Below are positions 40,814-50,672 of a stretch of DNA of 64,000 bases, in pieces. A program made the translations under genes and the position numbers. A model generated the notes under the pieces. That model saw only the letters and a list, made by a program, of their open reading frames with translations, made no database searches and had not been told where the DNA came from. Source of the stretch: an uncultured Nitrososphaerota archaeon. GTDB lineage: Archaea; Thermoproteota; Nitrososphaeria; Nitrososphaerales; Gagatemarchaeaceae. The first letter of the stretch is position 1. Each line of letters opens with the position of its first letter. The stretch is from NCBI GenBank assembly GCA_963718895.1, contig CAVRAG010000007.1, forward strand, positions 704,001 to 768,000, given 5' to 3'.

Positions 40814-41671
40814 TCAGGTCCTCTGCCCGGAAGGAGGCCGCCAGTCGCTGCATCTGGGGCATATCAGGAAGAACTTCGATCCGCTGACGATCTTGAACGA
40901 TGGAGCGCTGCATGTCGGGCATTGGGCCTCTTCCTCCTTCCAGTGCACCTCGAGGCCACGTTCCTTGAGCCAGTCAACGACCGAGAGCACCGTTGGGTCG
41001 GTCAGCATCTCGACGGGTAAGTCTTCGTAGTACTCGACCGCCAGCTTCAGCCTCTCGAACTGGCTCGGAGAGATTTGCCCGTTGAGCGAGTGCCTTGCGA
41101 AGACCGCCGTAAGGCGCTTCCGCTCATCCCCGTCCGCGAGCTTCGTGTCGACGCCGGAGAGCAGGACAATGCACACGAGCGAAACAGCGGCGATGAGCCC
41201 GTAAGGGCTCTGGAGAAACAGTATTGGCAGTCCGACGTAAGGGATGGTGACGGCCGGCACGCCCAGGACGCTGGTCGAGTCTGTGACGAACGGGTCCGGG
41301 GACAGGTTGTTGTCTCCCTTCGTATCGTAGTACGTCACCCCGTTGGCCTCCTGACCGACCCCCACGACCCTGTGGATCACGACAGGCTTCAGGAACGAGT
41401 CGAGGGCCGGAATCCCAGATGAACCCTGAACGAAGACGATGATGCTGCCGTTCGCGATCTGTCCCCGCGGGGCGGTGAAGAAGATGAGCTCACCGTTCTG
41501 GAGCTTGGGGTACATGCTGTTCCCCTGTACGATAGCGACCGGATAGGTGGTCGTCCCGGCGATGAACGGAAGTGCGGCGAGAGTGACAAGTAGGCCGAGA
41601 CTGAGCATGAACAGCAAGCGCCGTTTGTCGAATTTCATTTCCAAAGTCTCCGTTGTGACCATTCTTCTCAT
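40814..41671 (-). CDS. Signal peptidase I (S26, SipW/Sec11-type) with C-terminal zinc-ribbon domain
   Basis: GNSMYP, IHRVV, TKGDNN..PD; C-terminal CPTC/CPRC. Confidence 0.9.
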   Translation of the reverse strand: MRRMVTTETLEMKFDKRRLLFMLSLGLLVTLAALPFIAGTTTYPVAIVQGNSMYPKLQNGELIFFTAPRGQIANGSIIVFVQGSSGIPALDSFLKPVVIHRVVGVGQEANGVTYYDTKGDNNLSPDPFVTDSTSVLGVPAVTIPYVGLPILFLQSPYGLIAAVSLVCIVLLSGVDTKLADGDERKRLTAVFARHSLNGQISPSQFERLKLAVEYYEDLPVEMLTDPTVLSVVDWLKERGLEVHWKEEEAQCPTCSAPSFKIVSGSKFFLICPRCSDWRPPSGQRT

Positions 41672-43617
41672 GCCCTGTATGTATAAGCCACCTCGAACAG
41701 CGTGGGTTTCGGTGAGCCCCAGAAGATTGTTAGAGCTGCCGACGCTGGCCCGGTTATCACGACCTCGATGTAGCCCGAGGCCGGTACTGTCCCAGCAGAA
41801 GAGGACACAGAGAGAGGCTGGTAGAGCGCGGTCGTCGCCGCGGGCGAATTACTGGCCATCGTGGACTGGACTGTGCCGGCCGAGTCCGTCGTGTAGTACG
41901 AGACTGTGACCGTCTGGGGTGCTGGCATTATCGCGTCGCACAGGGCGCCCCAGTACGTCGTAGACTTCCCGAATGCGCACGATGAAGAGGACAAAGAGGA
42001 GGTCGTTGCAACGTACTCTACAGCGTTCGAATAGCCTACTCCCGCCTCGGTGGCGACGAGAGTGGCCTTTGTTACTCCGATGGTTCCAGCCGTCTCCGTG
42101 ACCGATGTATGGGTGCCAAAGAGCGAGAAGACGAAGTCCGTCTCCGAGACCGTCGAGACGCTAGAGACCGTCGGCGCGGCTGAGGTGGAACTGCAGGAGG
42201 AGACTGCGGCGTCCGGCAGACCCGAGGCGGGGTCGAAGGGAGTGATAGTGTCCGCGCCGGAGACCGCGATGGCGATTCCCGAAGCAGCGGTCGTGGTCGG
42301 AGTCGACGCGAGTTGGACCGTTATCGTGTCCGACGAGAGGGCGGAGGACGCTATCCCGTACCACTCGACCTCCGTGCTCTCCTGCGCGCCGGTGCACACC
42401 GTGTAGGAGTGCCGAGCAGACGACTGCCACGTTATCGCGCTGGCAGAGTCTGATATCGAGGAGACCGCGACGGAGGAACCAGAGTGGTAGGTGACTATCG
42501 AGAGCACGACCACATCGTTGGCATCAGTCGTCGTTAACGACGAAAGGGCGAACGAGGTCCCAGAGGACCAAGTCCCTTCTGCGCTTCCATCCACCGCTGG
42601 CGCGGGCATGTCTGCGAAGAGCTGCAACGACAGTGAGGATGCGGGAATAGACTTTGCTGAAGCGAATTGAGGCGACCAGAGATACATGCTCTCCCCCGCG
42701 GGGAGGGTGAAGCTGGCACTTGAGACGACCGCGTCGCAGATGTCGGCCCAATAGGTCGTTGTCTTCCCGAAGGTGCACGTGATGCCGGACTCGACCGTTG
42801 AGACGACGCTGTACTCCACGGCGAGGGAGTATCCCCTTCCCGCTACGGTACTCAGAAGCGTCGCGGCCGTGGCGCCGATGTTCCCGGCGCTCTCCGTCTT
42901 CGACGTGTAACCGCCGAAGAACGCGATTACGAAGTCGTTGGCGTTCGCGGTCGAGATGGTGTCGCTCGGGTCCGCTGCGGTGGACGAGCAGTCGTTCCCT
43001 ATTGTGCCCCCGTTGGCGGAGGTGTCGATCGGGCTGGATGTGGCTGCGCCGGAGATTGCGACGGCCTCGGCCGAGGCAGCGGTGGGAGTCGCGCTGAGTG
43101 TGATGGTTATCGTATCCGAGGAGAGGACGCCGGAGGCTACACCGTACCACTGAATGTCAGTGGTCTCTTGTGTAGAACTGCAGTCAGTGTACTCGGTCAG
43201 GAAACTGGTCCGCCAGCTTACCGCACCGGCGGTGTCTGTGACGGAGGAGACCGTTATCTCGCTGGCCGACTTGTATGTTACCACGTTGAGGAGAATCACG
43301 TCCGACGTATGGGCCGTGGTCACCGACGTTATGGTAAACGAGGTAGCCGAGGACCACGTACCCGTCCAGTTACCGTCCGAGGAGAGCACTGAGGTCCTGG
43401 TGGGCTCGGTGGTCTGAGTGTCGACGGTGAGGCAGGGCAAGGTGCACCCGGCCACAGGTGCGTTGACGTTCTCGTAGTAAGGGTTCAGAAAGGTGCCTGC
43501 GAAGTCGGCGCCGGTGCTCTTCAGAATCGTCACGTTGGCCGCGGCAGCGACAATGAGCATCGTTGTGGCTGCGCCAGACAGAAGGAGCAGCCGCCACTTC
43601 AGGTTCTGCGAACCCAA
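41668..43617 (-). CDS. Secreted S/T-rich protein with two internal Cys-containing repeats (candidate fibre adhesin/minor subunit)
   Basis: Signal peptide; two repeats, each starting GTWSS.TSF and ending CxFGKxTTYW..xCDA. Confidence 0.8.
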   Translation of the reverse strand: MGSQNLKWRLLLLSGAATTMLIVAAAANVTILKSTGADFAGTFLNPYYENVNAPVAGCTLPCLTVDTQTTEPTRTSVLSSDGNWTGTWSSATSFTITSVTTAHTSDVILLNVVTYKSASEITVSSVTDTAGAVSWRTSFLTEYTDCSSTQETTDIQWYGVASGVLSSDTITITLSATPTAASAEAVAISGAATSSPIDTSANGGTIGNDCSSTAADPSDTISTANANDFVIAFFGGYTSKTESAGNIGATAATLLSTVAGRGYSLAVEYSVVSTVESGITCTFGKTTTYWADICDAVVSSASFTLPAGESMYLWSPQFASAKSIPASSLSLQLFADMPAPAVDGSAEGTWSSGTSFALSSLTTTDANDVVVLSIVTYHSGSSVAVSSISDSASAITWQSSARHSYTVCTGAQESTEVEWYGIASSALSSDTITVQLASTPTTTAASGIAIAVSGADTITPFDPASGLPDAAVSSCSSTSAAPTVSSVSTVSETDFVFSLFGTHTSVTETAGTIGVTKATLVATEAGVGYSNAVEYVATTSSLSSSSCAFGKSTTYWGALCDAIMPAPQTVTVSYYTTDSAGTVQSTMASNSPAATTALYQPLSVSSSAGTVPASGYIEVVITGPASAALTIFWGSPKPTLFEVAYTYRA

Positions 43618-43651
43618 CCGATCACCCCTGGGCTCACTTCCCGGCCCGCTC

Positions 43652-44164
43652 CTAGGCGACCGTTATCTGGACCGCCGCGGGGGCCGTCCACGTCACTGCG
43701 CCCGTGTCCCAGAGGACGGTCATCGTCTGTCCGTTCACGATTGAAGCCGGGCTCGTGAACTGGAAGGTGTAGAGGGTGCTCGTGACGCCGCTGACGGCGG
43801 TGCTCGTGACTGTGATTGTGTAGAGGTAGCTCGTCGCCGCGCCCGTCTGGATCGTTATCGTCCAGGCCACTTCCCAGTCGCCCGCCACGAGAGCGTTCAC
43901 GTACGTCGGGGCCAGGTTAGCCCACGCAAGCCCGCTGACCGATGCAGATTGGGGGGCCTCGACGACGTTGTAGCTGATCGCGGAGGCGAGGAAGTAGCCG
44001 TTGTCGACGACGTACTCTCCTTGGTATCCCACGTTGTTGCTGGTGTTGATGGTCACCGATGCCGCGTAAGCGCCTATGGAGCCGACCATGATGAGTGAGA
44101 GAACGAAGAGGTAGACCAGCCTGACGCTCCTGTGCATGAAAGGTACCTTGATGAATCTCGTCAT
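43652..44164 (-). CDS. Secreted 170-aa protein, candidate fibre subunit (paralogue 2)
   Basis: Signal peptide ending GSIGAYA; shares long identical blocks with 44189..44701. Confidence 0.85.
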   Translation of the reverse strand: MTRFIKVPFMHRSVRLVYLFVLSLIMVGSIGAYAASVTINTSNNVGYQGEYVVDNGYFLASAISYNVVEAPQSASVSGLAWANLAPTYVNALVAGDWEVAWTITIQTGAATSYLYTITVTSTAVSGVTSTLYTFQFTSPASIVNGQTMTVLWDTGAVTWTAPAAVQITVA

Positions 44165-44188
44165 CTCCCCAAGACCTCCTCCAAGCTC

Positions 44189-44701
44189 CTAGGCAACCGC
44201 CACTTGAACCGCGGCCGGGGCCGTCCATGTCACAGCTCCCGTGTCCCAGAGAATCGTCATCGTCTGCGTGGGGGTTATCGTCGCGAGGGTCGTGAACTGG
44301 AACTGGTACAACTGAGTGGTCGTTCCAGTGGCTGAAGTGCTGGTCACGGTGATAATGTACGTGTGGCTGGGTGTCGCTCCCGCGTTGAGCGTGATGGTCC
44401 AGAGGACCTCCCAGTCGCCTGGTACAAGGGCGTTCACGTAGGCCGTGCCACTGGGCGCCCATGTCATTGGCTGGGTCGTCAGCGCCTGCGCGCCCTCGAC
44501 GACGTTGTAGGTAATGGCAGAGGCGGTGAAGTAGCCGTTGTCGACGACGTACTCTCCTTGGTATCCCGCGTTGTTGCTAGTGTTGATGGTCACCGATGCC
44601 GCGTAAGCGCCAATCGATCCGATGAGTATGAGCGAAAAGACAGCCACATAGAGCAGCCTTATGCTCCTTCTGACGAAAGGAATCCTTATCATCTTTGCCA
44701 T
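44189..44701 (-). CDS. Secreted 170-aa protein, candidate fibre subunit (paralogue 1)
   Basis: ASVTINTSNNxGYQGEYVVDNGYF...WDTGAVTWTAPAAVQxxVA shared with its neighbour. Confidence 0.85.
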   Translation of the reverse strand: MAKMIRIPFVRRSIRLLYVAVFSLILIGSIGAYAASVTINTSNNAGYQGEYVVDNGYFTASAITYNVVEGAQALTTQPMTWAPSGTAYVNALVPGDWEVLWTITLNAGATPSHTYIITVTSTSATGTTTQLYQFQFTTLATITPTQTMTILWDTGAVTWTAPAAVQVAVA

Positions 44702-44889
44702 GATTCTCTCACTTTCTCCTGATGTTTTTTCTTGTGTTATGAGCAGGGGTTACGATTCCCGTCTGATAACCAGAACAGTTTGGCGGGTGAACCCGATATA
44801 AAGTCGTCTAAAAATATCCCAAAAGTCCACCATGTTATCAATTTCTCTTAACATTTCGTCGTTTGAGCCCGTTCGGTTCGTTAGTCCGC

Positions 44890-45135
44890 ATGGCGTTCAC
44901 TGACCTAACGGACGAGGAGTGGGAGGACGTCAGGGGCCTCATCCGGCCACGAGCCAAGAAAGGCAGACCGAGAGGAGACGAAAGACGAACCCTGAACGCA
45001 ATCCTGTTCGTCCTGCAGGAGAAGATACCCTGGAACTACCTCCCGAGCGAGTACGGCAACGACTCGACCCCCAACAGGAGGTTGAAAGAGTGGGAGGAGG
45101 ACGGGACGTGGGACCGAATAGCGGACGCCCTGGGG
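44890..45135 (+). mobile_element. IS5-family transposase N-terminal (DUF4096) fragment
   Basis: DLTDEEWE..GRPR..R..LNAILFVL...W..LP.EYG..ST...RL.EW...GTW; no DDE domain follows. Confidence 0.8.
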
Positions 45136-45459
45136 CTCGTCGAGGACTCCGACCTCATCGGGGAACCCGGCAGCGGAGACTCGGGTCTCGATTCTGGACT
45201 GTGGGACGTCTCGCAGGACTACCCTGCATCGGGTCGAGGGGAACTCCTCTGTCCGGCTCGACCAAGGATCACCATAGCCCGTGGAGATGCACCCGGAGAG
45301 GCTATCGGCGGCATGACAATCATCAGCTGCACGGAGGCAGACACCTGTCTTCCCATGTTTCACGGACCCGTGGGGGGAACGCGTCAGGAATGCATCCCGG
45401 CGACCTGCTTCTTGTTCGTTGAGGGAGAAGATGGGTTCCCGGGGTGCGCACTCGAAGTT

Positions 45460-45734
45460 CAGCTGGTGAGTTCGACACGCCGCAGGGCTGGACGACCTTC
45501 CCGGCCCTGAACTGGGGTACCGAGGTTCAGGCCCACGGGCCCTCGAATTCGATGAGACCTCAGCTGACAAGCCGGGCCGAGTCCTGGCGCAGCTGGAGAC
45601 AAAGGGGCTTGCGACGGACCCGAGGCATCTTCACAGGATGCACGCACCTGTCCGATGGCTATCCCCTCCTGACCAAGGACCGGAGGCATCTGGACCGGAT
45701 ACCGGACCTCCTCGTCCTCACTCGGCGGACCTAG
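45460..45734 (+). pseudogene. VapC PIN toxin C-terminal remnant
   Basis: GRVLAQLETKG..(fs)IFTGC...GYPLLTKDRRHLDRIPDL matches the PIN C-terminus. Confidence 0.6.
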
Positions 45735-45863
45735 ACTCCGGATGGGGCCTGGCTCGGGGTCTCCCTGTCGACCGTGCCTTCTTTGGGCTCGCCACGCCCC
45801 TTGTTGAGGGCGGCTGACCTAGCAAAGACCGGTCCTCGAGTCTGGACCGAGAGAAGGAAAGGT

Positions 45864-46120
45864 TGGCGGTTAAATTGACTGTCAGCGTGCTTCTACACCC
45901 GATTGCGCGGACATGAGTCTCCTCCTCGAACTGGAGATGAGCACAGGAATTACCTGAGCCGCAAAAACGTGATCGCGAGCGCAAGGGTCTTCCACGGCGA
46001 GGCGGCCAACGGGTCGAAGAGGAAGACATCACGTCCTCTGACTTTCAAGCGAATGCCGTCCCCGTGTATCGGGAGGGCCAACGAGCGAATGTCTCTTGAG
46101 CAGGCGGACGAACAACGAAT
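45864..46120 (+). ncRNA. Dispersed non-coding element, copy B (candidate structured RNA with own promoter)
   Basis: TGGCGGTTAAAT box; stem ACCC-TTGCGC/GCGCAA-GGGT; 103/105 nt identical to copy C. Confidence 0.65.
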
Positions 46121-46369
46121 GGACAGGACCAAGCCTTGTGATTTCGGGGGGCTGAGCGTTTCCAGAAATTCCTGCAAGACTTGCATAGAATAGGACGCTT
46201 ATCCAAGATATGTAACCCAGCGTCCAAGTCCTCTTAGACGGAAATACGGAGCTTTGCAGAGGAGGTTGTGTACTATGTATCACTAACTGGGCGAATATCG
46301 ACCTTGTCGCCCCTATGTGAACGTCCTCGTTATCTACTCTCTTGCGCCGTTGAGGACCGTGGATTGAGG

Positions 46370-46702
46370 ATGACAACGGAAGAAAACCTCCGTGAAGCAA
46401 CGGGACAATCTCCAGAGACCATCATCTGCGCGGGATGCGACGAACCTGTTCAGGAGCTCCTGCAAGAGGATTCCCTGCGTCTGAGGAGGACGAACATGGA
46501 GGAAGTCCTCCCTCCGGTGAGGGCTTTCGAATGCCCCCGATGTGAAGCCATAATCTATTCAGACGAATTCACGTCCGGCAGATTTGTGCCTCCCCAGTTC
46601 AGGCGTCTGATAGTGCCGGTTGCTCGGCCCATGAGCGGGAGCCACTTCTCGCCGCAGACCGAGGTAGCCGTTCTGGGTGCGTCGGAGCCGTCTAGGAGTT
46701 GA
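46370..46702 (+). CDS. Small zinc-ribbon hypothetical protein
   Basis: CAGC...CPRC. Confidence 0.55.
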   Translation: MTTEENLREATGQSPETIICAGCDEPVQELLQEDSLRLRRTNMEEVLPPVRAFECPRCEAIIYSDEFTSGRFVPPQFRRLIVPVARPMSGSHFSPQTEVAVLGASEPSRS

Positions 46703-46742
46703 TGGGAACGAAGAGAATCGGTGCGGTCCGGAAGGACGCCTC

Positions 46743-47390
46743 TTACAGCGTCATTTTGACCATCACCGATGATTCGGTGGCATCGATGGTCGGGATAATC
46801 TTGAAGAGCGTGCGGAAGTCCGTGTCCAGGGCGGTTTTCAGGTAGGCTGTGTAGTGTTGACCAAAATCATGGGTCACAATAAGCGTGACATTGGATCCTT
46901 CCCGCTTGAGCTCTACCTTGATGTCGAGCCCGTACCGGCTCCTCATCTTGAGATATTCGAGGAAGTCGTCCACCCTGACATCCTGGAACCAGAACATCAT
47001 CATGTCCTTCATCAACTGATGCGAGTGCACCCCGGCGAGCTCCTGGAGCCTCTCGGCGTCAACGGCGTTGACCATGTCCTGAAATTGCGCCTTGGGGATC
47101 GTCACGAAGCCAAACCGCTCGGTGACGCTGTCCCAGAGGACGTACTTGTTCAGGACCGATGAGACCAGGGCATTCAGCGCTATACCCTTGTTCGCTGCCA
47201 AGCCCTCGAGCTTCGCCTCCAGCTCTTCCGGGAGCCTGATGGTCCTAAGGACGGTCCTGCTTTTCTTCTGCTCCCGCTTGGCGTCCGGAGAAGAGGTTTC
47301 CAAGTCCTTTAGTTTTTGCACGGGAATCTGTGCCGTATATGTTCCTTTTGACGAAGCTCCCGATTCGACGGTCAGTGAATCCACATTCAT
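46743..47390 (-). CDS. RHH-domain protein with C-terminal V4R-like region
   Basis: RTIRLPEELEAKL..LA..KGI..NALV..VL..Y..W pattern. Confidence 0.7.
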   Translation of the reverse strand: MNVDSLTVESGASSKGTYTAQIPVQKLKDLETSSPDAKREQKKSRTVLRTIRLPEELEAKLEGLAANKGIALNALVSSVLNKYVLWDSVTERFGFVTIPKAQFQDMVNAVDAERLQELAGVHSHQLMKDMMMFWFQDVRVDDFLEYLKMRSRYGLDIKVELKREGSNVTLIVTHDFGQHYTAYLKTALDTDFRTLFKIIPTIDATESSVMVKMTL

Positions 47391-47701
47391 GCGGCGATGG
47401 TCGAGACCTTCGACCTCTCGTTCCATTGAATGAGTCGGACGAGTCCGATTAGGAGGAGGGCGAAGGAGACCATGAGCGCCGCACTGAGGATACCGGATGG
47501 GACCTCCTGACCGACGGTGAGAAGGAGGGCGTCTCCGAAGCCGACCAAGGCGATCAGGGCGAACCCCACGACCATGAACTTGAAGAGTTGCTCCATGACA
47601 TCGCCCTTGAACATCTTGATGACGCTGTCAACGCACACGATTCCCACGACGCCAAGGATTCCGAACCCATAGGCGATGGCGACCTGGGTCGTGTCGAGCA
47701 T
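47387..47701 (-). CDS. Small three-TM membrane protein
   Basis: Hydrophobic ORF, ATGA-coupled to the downstream gene. Confidence 0.7.
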   Translation of the reverse strand: MLDTTQVAIAYGFGILGVVGIVCVDSVIKMFKGDVMEQLFKFMVVGFALIALVGFGDALLLTVGQEVPSGILSAALMVSFALLLIGLVRLIQWNERSKVSTIAA

Positions 47702-47991
47702 GGACCGTGGGAACGAAAGTATCGGGATTTAGGAAGGAGGTACACTAAGTAGTACCTAGGCGACGAAGATGAGTGTTTTGTCCACCTAGGCAACGGGAGC
47801 GACAGCCTCGTGCATGATTAACAGGGCCGTTAGCAGCTTGCCAGGGCTGTTGTTTCATCAACCAGAGGCCTCGGTGGATGGGACTTCGGGGAGGGGACAC
47901 AGAATCTCGCCCGTGTGGCTGGCTCACCAAGAGAAACCTCCAGGAGGTTCACGTCGCTCATGGTCGTGTCTGTGAATCCTGCGGTATCGAG

Positions 47992-48256
47992 TGGCGCTTA
48001 AAAATCGCCTTACAGGCTTCGAGGACACCTGATTGCGCGAAGATGAGTCTCCGGCCTTGAACTGGAGATGAGCACAGGAATTACCTGAGCCGCAAAAACG
48101 TGGTCACGAGCGCAAGGGTCTTCCACGGCGAGGCGGCCAACGGGTCGAAGAGGAAGACATCACGTTCTTTGACATTCCAGCGAACGCCGTCGTGGTGAAA
48201 TCCCGGGAGGACGAACAAGCGCATGTCTGCCTAGACATGCAGACAAACTAGCGAAG
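47992..48256 (+). ncRNA. Dispersed non-coding element, copy C
   Basis: TGGCGCTTAAAA box; TTGCGC/GCGCAA, TCTCCGG/CTGGAGA, CAGG/CCTG and GTCTTCC/GGAAGAC stems. Confidence 0.65.
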
Positions 48257-48654
48257 AAGATCAGTCACAGCACACCGAAATCAGGAACCGCTCGGCAGGG
48301 CATCCTATCTTCTGGTAGGGCGCCTCATGATATCCACCGGCCATCCGATTCGGGAAGTGCCAGCCGACGCCTGAGGCGGATCTTGAGCTGAAGCTTCGCT
48401 TCCAGGCTGTCACGATTCAGCTGGTAGAGGAGCCCCCGGACGACCTGTGGCTATCGCGATGCCAGATTCTCCAGCCTTTGAAGGACAGGGTGCAGCCTTC
48501 CCTTGAGCTTGATCGAGCTCGCTTTCTCCGCACTTTGCTGTCACCTATCGCGGCAAAGACTTGTCAGACTTGAGGAGGACCCGGGTTGCCGACAATCTCC
48601 AAACTGCGCTGGGAGGCAATGTTAAAGACACCAGTTTCTCCACACCCAATCAGA

Positions 48655-49443
48655 ATGATTGTCCCGAACAGGTTCAAGGACACCGTGGTGCTGATTACGG
48701 GTGCGGGGTCAGGGATAGGTCGCGGAATAGCCTCCAGGTTCGCTGCGGAGGGAGCAAGCGTTGTACTCGTGGATATCCGGGAAGAGGCCGCAAACGCCGT
48801 CTTGAGTGAGATACAGTCGCGAGGCGGCATCGGCATGGTCATCAAAGCGAACGCCACGTTGCCGAGCGACGTTAACCGCGCGGTGGAGGCAGTGATTGAA
48901 AGGTTCGGAAGGATAGACGTACTCGTGAACAACGTGGGTCTGTTCGTACTGAAACCAATCATGGAGATGTCAGACGCAGACTGGGAGCCGATGATGGACA
49001 TCAATGCAAAATCCACCTTCCTGTGGTCCAAGACCGCGGCCAAATCGATGAAAGAGGCCAAGCATGGCTGCATTGTCAACATCGCCTCAGGGTCCGGCAA
49101 AGTTGGGGACCCATATTCTGGCGTCTACGTGGCGGCGAAGCACGCCGTCATCGGGCTCACGAAGAACCTTGCGCTGGAGCTGGCACCATTTGGCGTACGG
49201 GTCAACGCTGTATGCCCGGTCGACACAGACACGCCAATGCAGAAGAAGTTCTTGGAACAGCTCGGCGCGAGGGTCGGCAAGTCGCCGGACGAGCTGAGAC
49301 AAGAGACGATGCACAACATACCACTGGGCAGGCTGGCGACCCCAGAAGACATCGCGGGAACGGTTACATTTCTTGCGTCTGACGACGCGAACTACATAAC
49401 GGGACAGTCGATCAACGTCAACGGCGGATGGCTGATGCTCTAG
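48655..49443 (+). CDS. SDR family oxidoreductase
   Basis: TGAGSGIG, LVNNVG, YVAAK, NAVCP. Confidence 0.92.
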   Translation: MIVPNRFKDTVVLITGAGSGIGRGIASRFAAEGASVVLVDIREEAANAVLSEIQSRGGIGMVIKANATLPSDVNRAVEAVIERFGRIDVLVNNVGLFVLKPIMEMSDADWEPMMDINAKSTFLWSKTAAKSMKEAKHGCIVNIASGSGKVGDPYSGVYVAAKHAVIGLTKNLALELAPFGVRVNAVCPVDTDTPMQKKFLEQLGARVGKSPDELRQETMHNIPLGRLATPEDIAGTVTFLASDDANYITGQSINVNGGWLML

Positions 49444-50583
49444 CAGCGGCGCCGGCCAGCGCCGAGGTCAGCCGCTCGATGATGACTGAGACGTCCACCT
49501 CACTGAGACACTGCGGGTTGATGAAGATCGCTCTTCCGATAGAGTAGAGTTTGATGGGCGGGTCGCCGCTCTCGAGTACTCGAACTAGCTCCTCGACGGG
49601 GACGGAATACGGATCCTGTTCGACCTTGATTCGGGGGATGGTCAGCGGTCTTATCGTGTCTTCCGGGCCCGGCATTACCCTCTTCACGTTCAGGTGCGGC
49701 AGCTTTGACAGGCCGTCCACGAGAGAGTCGATGATCCTCTCGCATCTCTCCAGCCTCTCCTTGCTTCTCGCAGGATAGGTTCTCAGGGCGACGATCAGGG
49801 CCGCGATGTCCTCCTTGCTCGTCTTCATCGGCCGCCCAAGGAAATACGTGCGTTGCCCGTTGACGGTCGCGGAGTAGTACGGTCCAAGAGAGAAGCACGC
49901 GTCCACCAGGCTCTTCCTGCCGCAGACGAACCCCGTGTCACTCGGACCTCCAATGTCCTTCCCCCCGCTGAATACCACCAGGTCTGAACCCAGCGAGATG
50001 TACCGCCGGAGGTTCTCCGCCGGAGGGAGCTCGGCGGCCGCATCTACTATGACCGGTACGCCGCGAGAGTGCGCAAGTTCGATGACCCGGTTCAGCGGCA
50101 CCACGGATTGTTGAGGGCCGAAGTCGATGTACAGGATTGCCGCCGTATCAGTCCCTATCGCCGCTTGCAGCTCTTCCTCGGTCGTTCCTTGGGGACTTCC
50201 CACATAGACTGTCCGGCCTCCCGCAATCTTGACGAGCGTGGTGTAGACGCTCCTGTGCGGCGCCTGGACCAAGACTCGCAACGTAGGCCTTCGTTTTCCG
50301 GCAGCATGCTGGCAACCTCGAGGTCCCCCCTGGAGATACAGGCGACGACCGACATCATCAGGCCGGCGGCCGCGCCCGAGACGACGTATGCGGATTCCGC
50401 GCCTGTGATCCCGGCTATGACTTCACCTGCCTTCCTCTGGAGCTCATCCATGAATACGAATGACAGGGCGGCTTCCCTCATCGCCTGCGTCACTTCTGGG
50501 TCGAGCGTGTTGCCACCCAACGACGTCAGAGTTCCGGAGCCGTTGATGACCTTCCTCACTCCCAGCTTCTCGTAGACGTCCAT
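49418..50583 (-). CDS. SelA-like PLP enzyme (DgaE/UPF0425-like), frameshift near 50280
   Basis: VINGSGTLTSLGG, VSGAAAG, VDAAAE, FSGGKDIGGP, GRPMK. Confidence 0.85.
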
Positions 50584-50672
50584 TGTCCTGTCCCGCCGGT
50601 CAACATCGATACTTATGCCTGTTTCGACGGGCGGGCTCCTGCACTTATAATGAGAGCTGTGCGCTCCTCCGC

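Noticed and set aside
43652-44701. Type IV pilins or archaellins
   Set aside because: No class III signal motif and no linked ATPase or TadC; the co-encoded enzyme is signal peptidase I
45903-46193. ORFs overlapping element copies (45903..46193, 45950..46186, 59068..59298, 59118..59321, 40427..40648)
   Set aside because: Frames are not conserved between copies because of indels and early stops; substitutions do not follow codon structure
49418-50583. True selenocysteine synthase selA
   Set aside because: Lacks the SelA N-terminal domain, has no selB/selD/tRNA-Sec nearby, and archaea use SepSecS
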